A DNA stretch of 64,000 nucleotides from contig LVLI01000263.1 in NCBI GenBank assembly GCA_001687465.1, positions 62,001-126,000 on the forward strand, read 5' to 3'. The notes beneath the pieces were generated by a model, which saw only the letters and a list, made by a program, of their open reading frames with translations, ran no database searches and was not told where the DNA came from. Of the stretch, positions 1-12,549 are shown one piece after another. Every line of letters starts with the position of its first letter. The stretch's first letter is position 1. A program made the translations under genes and the position numbers. The stretch comes from Halocafeteria seosinensis. Lineage: Eukaryota.

Positions 1-339
1 AGAGACCGAGAGGATAAAAACAATAGTACTTTTAGTAGTTCCTCTATTGCTACCTTGGTGGTAATAACGTTTGTGATGAGCCAGCAAATTTCCAGCCAAG
101 TTACTGGCCCAAGTAGCGCGTTTTCCGCATGGCAGGACTGTGGGGTTCAGAGACACTGTGTAAATACGAATAGGGTTTGTCCCCATTGTTGAGTGTTCAA
201 TAGGCGCATCATAAGCGTCGCATTGTGTTAGAACCATAGTCACTCGTGGTTTGCGCTGTTTCCATGTCTAAGAATATCCGGGAACGTAGACAACCCAAGT
301 AGCAGCGCTTAGACATTCCCAAGTTATACTGTAGTGACA

Positions 340-1001
340 ATGTCGTATCGTGCATTGAGTGCTTTACGGCGCTCTTCATCAGCACTTCGTTGTAGTGGTG
401 CTAGCCGGATACCTCAGAGAGGAGGAGGGGGGCATTCGTGGCCTCCTACAAAAGGACATATTGAGCCTCCAATACAGCGAACGCCGCTGCCGAGGAAAGA
501 TGTAAGCTGTAATATAAAAAAGTGCACGCAACCGCGTGCGTATGCATATGTTAGTGTGGCTTTTACATTGCTCCTGCAGTTATTAGAGGAAGATGAATTG
601 ATATGGAATGATGGAGTAGCTCCTGAAGTATGTCGGTTGCCCTTACTGAGAGGCTTTCATACTCTTGTTTTCACGTTATTTCTCGTTCGTGTTTTCCCTC
701 AGACTGCGCTGGATTTCGATGCCCCTCACGTCAGTAAATGGGAAGGATTAGCATGGTGGTTGGGGAGTTTCCTCTTTGTCTATCTCAACTACAAATTTAT
801 TTCGTCTTTCGATATTGCTAGCATGAAGAAAACTGTAAGTCGCTTTTTGTTGAGTGTCGTAGGTTCACGATGGAAACGCTTCAACATGGTAACTGTATCC
901 AGGCACCGAGAGAAGTACCCGAAAGTACGCGAGTAGCTGAGGGCTTGTACGAGGACGAAAATTACGCCAAAGGACCTGAGCTACTGAAGAGAGCAGAATA
1001 A
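340..1001 (+). CDS. NDUFB8: NADH:ubiquinone oxidoreductase subunit B8-like (complex I accessory), 4 exons
   Basis: Exons 340-501, 580-627, 703-834, 903-1001 join in frame through GT-AG introns. Arg/Ser-rich mitochondrial presequence; EEDELIWNDG...ALDFDAPHVSKWEGLAW plus one TM resembles plant/protist NDUFB8. Confidence 0.7.
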
Positions 1002-1037
1002 TAGCGAACTAAGGTTCCTCACTCTCTCTTGAAAATT

Positions 1038-2935
1038 CTACCAAACATTCCCAATGATAGTATCGGGTGGCGCACTATCTTCGCCTAATCTCTCGCTCAG
1101 TTGTATATATGCGGCTGCCCGTTTGAGCGATTCTTCCTTGCTGAGCTGGAACACTTGGAACAAATTCTCGACAGCTAGCTCCCATTCATTTTGGGTTTTC
1201 TTCTGCCTTAGTTGGTCGAAATACTTCCCGAGTATTATTGCATGTTCCATGCCTAGCTGCATTTACAACACAGTTAGAGGTATTACCTGTTAATAAGAAA
1301 TCACACTGACACATTACCTTTTCAAAGCATGCTTGCGTACGCATAATGGCAGGTAGTCTCTTATCGACGGGGAAGGAGCTAAAGGGGTCATATGGTTGCA
1401 TGTTTAACATAGCAATATCGCCTTCTACTCGACAATTGAAGATGGACGATGCTGATGATGACAGAATAGAGTTCGGGAACTTCTCTGTTAATCCTGTGGC
1501 TGTCACCTTGCGGAGGTCCTCCTTGGTAGTCTGGTGTAACGAAGGAATTTTCTTCCGTAGATTGTCTAGATCTGTGGGTGCATAGAAGAGGGTTCAGGCT
1601 GTCGAGAGTGCCGTATAAGTTGGCTATACAGCTAAGAGAAAACTCACCGTTGATATTTGTCCAATTGATCTTGTTCCTAATGTAGGATGCCGTCTTATCA
1701 ACGTCTAAATCGACGAACACGTACTCCATGTATTCATCTCTCTCTACACTGCCATAAATGCTTTCCCTGGCGTTCTTTATAATAATATCTTCCAAATACT
1801 CTTTTCTCAATAGATCGCTACTTGGAACTGCTTTGCTCCCCCGTCCCCATGTTGTGGCCAGCGTTTCCCACTGATCCCCAGCACCAATAGATGGTGTCAG
1901 AGTTAGTGTGACATCTGAACCATCGGTAAAGTGTCTTCGAAACTCCTCTGCTATTTCTTCTCTTACCATCGCTGTAACAATGTTTACCTCTGTATTCCAT
2001 GAGCCAGCTGCCGGCAATGTCATACCAGGACTGTGGGGTGTATCCTTGCAGCAGTTTGCAATGAGCACAGCCAAAGCCCCAGCTTCTTCCATTCGGTTGA
2101 CTTTTTCGATCATTGGACAACTACCTCGAGTAACCAGCACTATGTTTCCAGTAATTTTGCGCTTTTCATTGTCTGTAAGGTTTTGACATCCTAAAGGAGC
2201 AATCGGCTCTATCAAGTTCCCCTCAACACGACTCAACAGCCCGCTAAATTCAGCGACAGCACCTTCCGCAACGATGCTAGGCCCTGTATCTCCCATTTTG
2301 CTAACAGTTGCATTGACGACTAGAGATGTCAATGGTTCAGCTGACCAGTTGTGCAAATTTCGAGAGCCGTTTTTGTCCATAAAATGAGTACATTGTTCAC
2401 GGGCTGGGACGAGTGAAAACAAGTTGGTCACGTTGTCGGCCACGGCACCACGGACATACTGGGAATCGTTTTGTTTAATCATGATAACAGGGATATCGAT
2501 AGATAGAACGTTGTCTTCTGGAGCCGCAGGCATCCTCATTAGCCCACCTTGGTTATTCAATATTACAAGCCCTCTGGCGCCACTCTTGACAGCAGCGCTC
2601 GCTTTGGTAAAGAAGGAGCAATTGCCTCTTTCGGCTATGATGAACCTTCCGTCATAAGCACTGTCTTCCCTTGGTTCACATAGAGAAATTGGATCGGCAA
2701 TTACTGCTTGTCTGACGTCGCAGGGAATAAGACTACCAAAGTATGCTCGGAAGAATTCTAAGCTTCGCGGGAAACCACGGATGCGCACATAACCATATGG
2801 CTGATCCCTCGTTTCTTTACTGCTGAACCTACCAACGGGTAGAGCGGTGTCACTGTTCTCGGCGGCACATCCTTCTATGCTACTGACAACGAATATTACA
2901 GCTATTGCTGCTAGATGAGCCAACAAACAGGTCAT
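1038..2935 (-). CDS. Secreted protein with two PA (protease-associated) domains, 3 exons
   Basis: Hydrophobic signal peptide (MTCLLAHLAAIAVIFVV). Two PA motifs: IIAERGNCSFFTKA..GARGLVILNN and VLVTRGSCPMIEKV..GALAVLIAN. Two GT-AG introns link ORFs 1388-2980, 1186-1506 and 1038-1262. Confidence 0.7.
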
Positions 2936-3244
2936 TGTCGCTGTACAGTGGTGCGCTGGACACTCCGACCTTGGTCTCAACTACTTCGCTCGTTGATACA
3001 CCAATCCACTAAACGATAATTCTTCCCACAGCTATGAGCTGTATAATGGTGTGCATATATTTTTCAAGTCATTGTGGATGTTTGCGCATAGCAACGAGTC
3101 ACAAGTTGTACTTGAAGTTTCGTCCCGGGGCGGGGTACAGTTTACACACCACAACTTGTCCACAAGATAAAACATTTGATTTCATTTTATGCGTGCATGT
3201 AGGACTCATCTCGCTACCTCAGAAGAAGCGCTTAGCATGTAAGA

Positions 3245-6200
3245 ATGGAAAAGCACACTGAACTTCCAGCCATTGGAACTGGCTCGAATGTAGTAGGCAG
3301 CAGAAAAGCTGGAATCAACAAGAAGCAGGTTAAACCGAAAAAGACCAAGTCAGGTATGCTATAGAAGAAACCTCCATGAATATTTTGATGACTGCTATAC
3401 GCTAATATATCCTTGCAGGCACCCTTAGCACGAAGAAGTTTCCCTTAGTTACCATACCGCATGGCACATTAGTAGTGGCAGACAGTAAGTGGACTGCGAT
3501 TGTCTGGAAACGTGAGTACACGTCAGAGCTCATTGTACTATTCACAACTACAGCGGAGAACGAGGGAAACAAGTACCACGGATCTTTGCATCTGCAAAAC
3601 GTGTTGAAGTCCAGTTCAATCTTTGTCAAGTTACATCCTTCAAAGCGACAAACTATTACACTGTCTAAAGAGGAATGCCTCCTGAGCCCCATGGCGAAGA
3701 CAAAAATAGCCGGTACGTCCATCCACAGGAAGCGTTCTTGGTTCTCTCTTGGGTAGTGATATGTACATTGGTATATGTAACAGTTACTCTTCTACGTGGC
3801 AAGGAGCATGACGCGTCAAATGGATTTATAACGATAAAAGTATGTGTGTCCAATATGAAGCTTGCCTTAACACCACGCACATGTGGATATCTTCTTCACA
3901 GGTTGCCATGCCAGATAATGGAAGCAATCAGATATCGGAATTCTATTGGAAAAGGGAGATTAGCTTGTCAGTAATGGAGGACTCAAGCTCCGCACCCGCA
4001 GAAGAGGGAGGCACACTTCCACTCCTACAGGGTGGTATCACGTTGACCAACGGTGAACAATTAGAAGGTTCACTTAACCAACCAAGCATCGGATCCGTTG
4101 TAGAAAGCGACGCGACATTTGTATCTCATGGGATAACCCAAGACGTACTGCCTTCAGAGGAAGAAGCTATTTCAGAGAATGCCGTGTACGAAGCCATAGG
4201 GAGGGCGGGAGGTGCGCCGTCGCATTTCTCCGTGAGTTTTGGACCATTGCTGGGTCATGGAATTGCAGGCAAAGTATATCAATGCTTTGATCACTATACG
4301 GGCGCTGTACTGGCGGTCAAAGTGCTTCCGATTTCATCTGAAACGGGTCTCAAGAAATGCATACGAGAACTAGAGGCTCTACAAAATTTGTCACATCCCA
4401 ATATCATTAGGTATATTGGGTGTGACTACACTAGAGCCAATGCAACGAATCCTATACCTGAGCTTAGAATTTTCACGTCTTTCGCCGCCGGTGGTTCGAT
4501 AGCACGTCTGGTGAAGTCATACGGTACTCTCAGCGAAAGCGTCGCAGTACAATATATGCGGCAGGTATTCGAAGGACTTCAGTACCTTCACAGTAATGGC
4601 TACGCACACAGAGACATCAAAGGGGCCAATATTTTGTTGTCTGAGACCAGCTCTATTCAAATTGCAGACTTCGGTTCTTGCAAGAAATTGGCAGTAAGTC
4701 CACGTGAAAGCCTTGCCCCAGAATCACCTTCCGGCCAAGGAACAATACATTGGATGGCACCCGAAGTCGTTGGTGGAACCGACGGTATTGTGAACTGGTG
4801 TGCAGCTGATATATGGAGTGCCGGGGCAACTCTGTTGGAATTGCTCTCTGGAAAGCCTCCTTGGAGCGATGCATCTTCGTCAGCCGCCGTGATGATAAAA
4901 ATTGCGAGTTCAACTCCCTTGAGTTCTTTACCTACAGAAGCGAAAGGGCACCTCAGTGCCCAATGCAAAGACTTTCTTGAGAAATGTTTCACACGCGATC
5001 AAAGTGTTAGACCCTCTGCGGCAGAGTTGCTCCAACATCCGTTCATGTTGCAACGGACGGTTGAAACTTCGATGAGCTTAGCTTATGTTTTACGCGACTT
5101 TTTCTACCAAGAAATCTGGCGTTTGAGGAAATTACGAGTGTTGGATGTACTATCTCTAGGATTTGAAGGACCCACACCGTCTGCGAGATCTTCCAGGAAC
5201 TTGTACGCTTCTGCCAGGGTTCAAGAGCAGGAACTACTCTGCGTCAACGACATCCGTCGTGTGACAATTGTTTGCCGAAAGCACCTGGAGTCAACAGCAG
5301 CTCTTCGAGACGATGTCATGTGGGCACTGCGAACGCTTTGGGGTCAATGGGGGAGTGCATCTGACCTTTTGCTCTGCCGAATGAGGAACAATGAGGAACT
5401 CGTCGGTCTCAATTCCTGTTCTAGTGAAGTTCACCAGAGTATCAGAGTCCCGCCGTTCTTAGAAGATGAGACTCAGAGATGGGAAAAAAGCATGCTCGAA
5501 ACTTTGGACGTAGAAGCCAGTAGGACTATTACCATTTGCGAGGAAGCAGCTAGAAGTTCCATTAGGGCCGAAGACGCGCAGAAGTCCCGTGCACTTATAG
5601 TGTCCGCTCTGGGAACCCTTAACAGCATATTTGGACATTCCTCGGCTCCAATTCCTGCTCCAATACGTCCGGCGCCTCAAACGGCATTAGTGGAAGAGGA
5701 CGGAGTTGAAGTAATGGAAGTAGGGTCCAACCAAAAGGCACTCTTGCAAACAGGAATCTTGCTCAAATGGCTAGCTACTGCCCGTTTTCGACTGCGACAG
5801 GAAAACGAATGTAGCGAGCAAATGCAGGTCACGAAGTATGACTCCGTGCTATGCACCTGGAGGCATGTTCATCAACTAGGGATATCCATTTCCAACTCGC
5901 TAGCTGCCCTGCAAACAATTCTATTGGTGTGCTCCTCATGCACCATGAACAAAGACGTATGGAGTCAGCAGGTACAGCCTTTGGACGAGGAACATCTGTC
6001 ACGGCTACTTTCGTATGTTAGTGTAGTGACAGTCTCCAGGGCTATCAGCGTGCACAACGCACTTTGTTTACTACACGAAGGCCGTTTCCTCGCTAACATG
6101 GAAGATCTTCTATATGATAATGATGACGGCATAGCTGAATTTCCCGATCCTAGGGGAGATTTTTCCTTGGGTTCCCAGAATCTATTTCAGGAAGATACGG

Positions 6201-6460
6201 CGGCTTATAATCAATTGATCGTCATGGCTCTGGCAGATTATACTCCTGAAAATGAACGAGAACTGCCACTGCAAGCGGGAGACCTCGTAGTTGTACGTCA
6301 TCAGGACGATAGCGGATGGTGGGAAGGCGAAACTGGTGGAGTGATTGGGTGGTTTCCATCAAACTATTGCGCTGTCCAGCATACGTTATTTCCCATCGAA
6401 GAAGAGTCCGTGTCTTCGCGGTCAGAGGTCGGAGAAGATTCCACCGAACAGTCCCATTGA
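3245..6460 (+). CDS. STE11/MEKK-like Ser/Thr kinase with C-terminal SH3 and N-terminal beta-rich (MSP/ASH-like) segment, 5 exons
   Basis: Kinase motifs GHGIAGKV, AVK, HRDIKGANILL, DFG, GTIHWMAPE; SH3 ALADY..EL...GD....GWWEG...GWFPSNY. Upstream exons 3245-3353, 3419-3484, 3554-3711 and 3784-3839 splice in phase into the large exon at about 3901. Confidence 0.8.
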
Positions 6461-7014
6461 AGGTGAAACATGTTCAAGGCTTCTGCCGTTTGTTGCATTG
6501 CTCATGATACCCCGCACACACTAAGCAGCAGACAAAAGCATGACCCATCAAGCCGCATATCCATCGCATCACGATGACTGGAAACGCTGTTGTCTTCTGC
6601 TGTAGCGTAGCAGCAAAGAACGTCTTACAATTGTACTTAATGGTTGCAGTGTAGTTCAAATTTCTTTTGTGTGTGCGAGTACCTGCATGTTAAATTCACT
6701 GCAAAGCATGCCGCTTGCATTTCGTCGGTCCGAATACAGCGGGAGTTCCGAAGCGTCCGATCACTGATAGATTAGCTCTTGAGCACACGCTCTACGGAAT
6801 ATTCAGCAAGATTGGCACTCAAAACATTGAACTATCTATTCCCTAGTGCTTACACCTTCTAGCTGTGTATAGTTTTTATCGATAAATTATCGACAATTGT
6901 ACAACAGTCTGTGAACATGGTTTGAGGCTCGCGTTGTAGAAGCACAAGTAGCCCCTGATTGTTTGTTGATCAAATCCCTAGAAAGAAGCTTTAGTTACTG
7001 TATTTTCGTCGACT

Positions 7015-7563
7015 ATGGATACGAAACAAGGACAGGCATTCGATGTATCGTATAGGTGGGCGAGGTTGATGCCCTTCCCAAGAGACCCACCCAAAGTTGT
7101 CGCACCGACTAAAGATCCATCCTCTTCACTATGGATTCCTCTAGCACTTGGACTAGGAGCTTTGGGATTAGCATCCCTATATACTATAGCGAAAGGCTCT
7201 GAGGATGAATCGCCTGAACAAACGAAGGAGGAACCCTTGCACACGGAAGAGCATCGGACGGGCCAAGAGCAAGATGAGCGGCATACCAGTGGTGTTGACA
7301 AGGTAGACACATATCGCGAGGATGATGCTAACTCGGAAAGCTCAAGGGATTCCCCCGCGCCACCTCCAGAGACTTCATCTTCGTCCACCGAGTATGCTCG
7401 GAGTGAACAATGGACGCACAGACGTCTGCCGACTACGTACGAAGGCGACCAGGCGACGGGAATACACCGGAAAACGGAATCCAGGCAGACACAGGTTGTG
7501 GAGGAAAGGATACGACATCGACGGGAATATAGAAAAGGTTCTCCGCCCGATGAAGAAAAGTGA
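7015..7563 (+). CDS. Hypothetical protein with a single TM segment and charged low-complexity tail
   Basis: 182-aa ATG ORF with hydrophobic LWIPLALGLGALGLASLYTIA; fills the gap between the kinase and MLH1; no recognised family. Confidence 0.45.
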   Translation: MDTKQGQAFDVSYRWARLMPFPRDPPKVVAPTKDPSSSLWIPLALGLGALGLASLYTIAKGSEDESPEQTKEEPLHTEEHRTGQEQDERHTSGVDKVDTYREDDANSESSRDSPAPPPETSSSSTEYARSEQWTHRRLPTTYEGDQATGIHRKTESRQTQVVEERIRHRREYRKGSPPDEEK

Positions 7564-7952
7564 TAAATCTTATGGACCGGCAGAACTCCTTGTATCTAGA
7601 GTGGTCTCTACACGCACGACATGTATCGTGGACGAGAACTGCATGTTTGGAAGTGATCGATGCCAGTAATATACCCTCTAGTGTTTATTTTACGCCTTCA
7701 TGTTAACATACGAACGTAATGACTCATGCATTATATGGTCGCACCGTGTACGGTCGGCTCATAGTAGAGCCTCATCCAGTGCAAGCAGACTCTTGTCTTC
7801 ACAGACTGGTAAGTGAGACAGTCTCACTGAGACTACGCAGTCTCATGGAGGAAATGGAGTTGTTGTTAACTCCAACTGAACAGAGCTATTCCTCGTTCTC
7901 TTGTCCGCAGCAAGAACCACTATGCACTAGTTCACGAGTAGTGATTGAAATA

Positions 7953-10536
7953 ATGTCGAGCAATGAGGAATCGACTTCGGGTGCTGCCAGCAGTGGAGCA
8001 ACAGTGACGGACACCAGCCAGGGCGAGCCTCGTAGGCGTATACAGAAGTTGGACACTGAAGTCATTAATCGCATAGCGGCAGGCGAAGTTGTTCATCGCC
8101 CATCGTCGGCTTTGAAGGAATTGATCGAGAACAGCATCGACGCAGGGGCTACCAAAATTCAAATTTCTGTCAAGTCGGGTGGTTTAAAGTCGATTCAAAT
8201 CCAAGACAATGGGTGTGGAATACACGTAAGCTGAACGTATCAAAAGATACAGGTATTACAGTTGATAAAGTTCCTGAACTATCTTGCAGAAGGATGATAT
8301 GCCAATACTCTGTAATCGTCACACAACGAGCAAACTCGAGTCGCTGGATGACTTCCGCACACTTGGGACTTACGGATTCAGAGGCGAAGCACTGGCGAGC
8401 ATTTCGTACGTTGCGAGACTCACTGTGCTCACAATGACTGCAGATTCTGTTTGCGCATACAAGTAAGTGGGTTTGGAGACGTTTATTCCTCGAGAAGTCT
8501 AGCGAGCACCAGCTGCATACCACAGGGCATTCTACTCCAAAGGCGAGATGGTGAACAACCTTGGACAGCCAGCGCACCAGCCTTCTCCATGTGCAGGTGT
8601 TCCGGGAACTCAAATAACTGTACGTTGAGTTTGTTTCCAATTAGAATAGAAGAGGTAGTAGACTCTCTTGAACGACGCAGATCGAAGATCTTTTTTACAA
8701 TCTACCTGCACGACGGCAATCACTGAGGTTTGGAGAGGAGTACCGGAGAATTATGGAGCAAATAGCTGAACATGCAGTGCATTACGCTGACAAAGGAGTG
8801 GAGTTCGTTTTGCGGAAAAGCGGGAACACAACTCCTGATATTCAAACTGGATCGGCAGATGATACGAAGAAGGTGGTCCGCAGCATCTACGGAAGTACAC
8901 TCGCTAATGAGTTGATGCGCTTGCAATGCACCCCTGAGATTATGGAGGACGACGAAAAGCATTCATTTTCTGTTAACGGATGGGTCTCTCATGCCAACTA
9001 TCATTTGTCCAAGGAAAAGTTCATCCTGTTTGCAAATAACCGTCGCATAGAGTGGAACACTCTAAAGAAGGTATGCTTACTTCCGTTAAGGCAGTAAGCC
9101 TTTTTCACAGTCGTCGCAATAACTCTTGTGTGCAGGCGATAGACGATGTTTATCAAGGAATTTTACCAAAGCATAGGCATCCGTTTGTGTATCTAGCGCT
9201 CGAGATCCCTCCTTCTCATATTGACGTCAATGTGCACCCAACAAAGCAAGAAGTAAGCGACAACGTCATTCAGTTTCACCCTACCTTGCGTTGTGTTGAA
9301 TAATAAAGTCCCTTCCACAGGTAGAAATTCTCCACGGTGACACCTTAATTGAACGCATTGTCGATCAGTTAAAAGATTCCTTGGAAGGAGCGAATTCCAG
9401 TAGGGTGTTTGAAGCTCAAACGTTTCTTCCGACGTATCTTGGTGGGGACGATGACAGGTCCGCGGGTCAGCAGACCGGCTCGACTCCAGTACCAAAAAGC
9501 AGTAATGGCCAGGTTTTGCAGCCTGCCGCTCATAAAAAAAACAGAATGGACTCGCGCGATACAAAAGTTGATGGTTACATGCCCTCAGGCCACAGGCCTG
9601 AACAAACGGATCGACCTACTTCGGACACAGAAGCAAGTAGCAGCGCTGGTCCGTCCTCTAGTTACTATGCCGCGGCGGCGTCGCGAGTTGCTCGGCAACC
9701 TATGACCCCGGTTTACCTTTCATCAATTCAAGAACTACTTCAAGAAATTGCGAATATGAGTGATTCTTCCCTTTTAGAGATCATCCGCAGCTACGTCTTC
9801 GTCGGAATGGTTGACCGTTGCAGATCGTTGATTCAAGTCGACACGAAGTTACTCCTTGTTGATCATCGCAACCTCGCCATTGAATTCTTTTACCAGCAAG
9901 CTATTCGCTTTTTCAATAACTTCAAAAGAATAAGTATTAGTCCACGGGTGCCTATTCAAAGAATTGTTCGGCTAGCTCTCGAGGATAAGAGTATTGTCGA
10001 AGATGCGCCCTCGGATACGAGCACTTTGAAGAAGGAAGTAGACGAAGCCACAGAATTCTTGGGTGCGCAAGCGGAAATGCTTGAAGAGTACTTCTCAATA
10101 TCTATAGAAGCGGATTCAGAAAACGGTGGACAGTTATGTCTTTCAAGTATTCCTTGCTTATTGGATGAATATGTTCCATCGTATAAACAATTACCGATGT
10201 TTGTTGCAAGGCTGATATGGAACGTAAATTGGAAGGAAGAAAAACCCTGCTTCCGTGGAATCGCGAGAGCTTTGGGCGAGTTCTACGGCGATGCATTACC
10301 TCTCACAGATGAAGGAAGTAGCGAAAGCGAAAACGGCTTCCTAGAGTAAGTTCTCCCCCAAGACATAGCTTCGCTGGTTTCCGAATTATATCGTCTTTGA
10401 TATCTCTGTCACCAGGAACTTGCTCTGGCCGGCCTTTCGGTACGCATTAACGCCTACAAGCACTCTGAAGAGTGATGAAACTATTTACCAGGTGGCCAGT
10501 ACTCAACAACTATACAAAATCTTTGAACGGTGTTGA
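7953..10536 (+). CDS. MLH1: DNA mismatch repair protein MLH1 (multi-exon)
   Basis: [54 protein letters not shown] and the diagnostic C-terminus [12 protein letters not shown]. Confidence 0.97.
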
Positions 10537-10555
10537 TCATGAAGCACTTCAACAA

Positions 10556-11187
10556 TTAGGTGTGATTTATCTGCACACCTAAATGCTTCTTTATCAACGC
10601 CCGAACTCGCTTATCAAAGTTTTTGCACCAAATTTTTGTACCGGGTTCGTATAGCGGGTTTTGTAGCACCTGTATGAAGGCATCTACCAATATTGTACTA
10701 CAGGCAACTGAACATGAATGTCATGCAGCATCGACTAGTCTCACCTTCAAGTATAGCTCATGGACTTCTTTGCACAATTCATGTATTCGCTCCTCTGATA
10801 TTCCTTTGTGAGCGATCATAATCCGCGTTTTGGGAGTAATATATGCCGTTACTTGATTGTCATGGAACCTATCCACTGTCCTCAAGTACCTGTACGGTTC
10901 TTCATCCTCTTCTGGGTAAGCAAGATATGACGTTGATCCCGGTAAGACCCTTACGCGTTCGAACTGGTCCATTGCCGTTCGTCCACTACATCTAGGGCGG
11001 CATGTATGAGGAACTCTCCCGATTGTAGTAAATTCTGTCAGATACATCACAACCAAGGTTATGGTGTGTGGGGAGACAGAAGATACACGAGGCAAGGACG
11101 TACAGCAAAGTTGTCTTCCCCCGTTCCTTTGAATGACATGCATTCGTACACAGGATTATCCCCATGAATGATAGCGAACGAGGCCAT
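10556..11187 (-). CDS. TRAPPC2: TRAPP complex subunit 2 (sedlin/Trs20), 4 exons
   Basis: Spliced product MASFAIIHGDNPVYE...FLIHAALDVVDERQW..YLRTVDRFH...ELYLKVLQNPLYEP...FDKRVRALIKKHL matches sedlin motifs. Confidence 0.88.
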
Positions 11188-11524
11188 TTTCCCTCGCCTT
11201 GCCTATTCACATCTCACGCTATCGTACGTCAAAGATTTCGAATCAAACCAATCAACAACTAATAAAGTCTATTAAATAGACCACGCAGTCCTTCGTTGCG
11301 GTCTACGGCTAGGGCTGCCAGGGCAGCACCGTTTACCGCACTAACTATATCTAACCAAACGTACGGACGAATGTCATCACAGGGGTTAAGGTTGCGTCAG
11401 TGGTCAACGGAGAACCAAGCCTTATATGGAATACACAAGGGAATAACCCAACGACGAAGAAAGTGGTATTTTCGTTTCTATCACAACCAACACTACAAAC
11501 CAAAATCCGATCCAAGTTGTACGA

Positions 11525-12243
11525 TTATCTCTGAGCAAACGTGGGGCCTCCCTTCCAACCAACGTCCATATGTGCCGTGCATAATGTATATAGGTGAAAA
11601 CCAGCGGCGTATGTAAGCCCTGCTACAGCAGCTTCAGGAGGAGGTGCCCTCTTAACTAGTGAGTATCCAACAGAAGGCAGGGCGCAAACCGTCATCGGAG
11701 CAAAAAATGATTGGAGGCTACTCCATCCATATTTTTTCGCGAAGTGATCCCTCAACACAAAGTAGGCAGTGAGTGTCCTGTACACCATCAGACATGAGTT
11801 GGTTGCCCTCCGATTTATCTCACGTTAGCGAGGCACAGAGTTGCTTCTTACCCTAAGATAGGACCAGCGGAACCTTTTAAATGAGTACGTGTGGTCTGCC
11901 ACACAGTTTCCGGGTTTAGTCTATGAGGAGCGGTTTTGGCTCGCTCCATATAATAGCCACTAACTGCAAGATAGTAACAAATGCAAGGCGAGGAATAACA
12001 AAAAGGGTTAACGTTCGGTACAAGGGAGAGCACGGGGGAGAAACCAACCCCAGGGAGCCCAAAGCCAGGGAGTATCGACTTACATAATGAGTTGAAAATC
12101 CAAGTGGGAATTCCAAACTGCAAGCCATGCAGAGCACTCATCACTCCCAACGGTACGTATCTTCTCTTCTTGGACACATCATTGAGCCCCCGGATCTTCT
12201 CCAGTCGGTAGTCGTCCGTCGTGGGGTTGTGTTCGTTCGACAT
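11525..12243 (-). CDS. Hypothetical multi-TM protein, possibly Tim17/Tim22/NDUFA11-like fold, 3 exons
   Basis: ORFs 11848-12243 and 11525-11788 join through GT-AG introns in phase; about 4 Gly/Ala-rich hydrophobic segments. The family call is weak. Confidence 0.45.
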
Positions 12244-12549
12244 TTTTATATGTGGATTATATGAACAGTGCTCCTATAGCAGTGGTAAAGAAGAATGTTT
12301 CCTCCCTGATATGACCCGTTCAACCGTGTACATAATTCATCAATTCTCACGCATTGTATAGGGACTCGCTCCCGCCAATTTTGAGGTTCGGAGGAAACAA
12401 GACAAACTTTCCTTCGAATTTTGTCTCAAGCGCTTGCTCAAGCCTTCGTAGCATCGAAGAGTGCCTTGAGGGTTGTCTGCGCGACCAGTGAGGGGTATAT
12501 AGGATTGTATACTTTTGGTTTTATTCCATAAGCTATATAAAGAGTTAAA

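Noticed and set aside
171..178. Telo-box-like TAGGGTTT (and TTTAGGGTT near 56609)
   Set aside because: Isolated copies with no tandem array; too few to call a regulatory element.
334..936. 200-aa ORF as a single-exon protein; similar read-through ORFs at 12928-13911 and 59150-60163
   Set aside because: These ORFs run through stop-free introns with clear GT-AG sites; spliced models restore the conserved proteins.
1102..1109. TGTATATA Pumilio element downstream of NDUFB8
   Set aside because: A single 8-mer inside the opposite-strand CDS; expected by chance in 64 kb.
6474..7014. 61-aa minus ORF or ncRNA in the kinase 3' spacer
   Set aside because: No motif, consistent exon chain or recognisable RNA signature.
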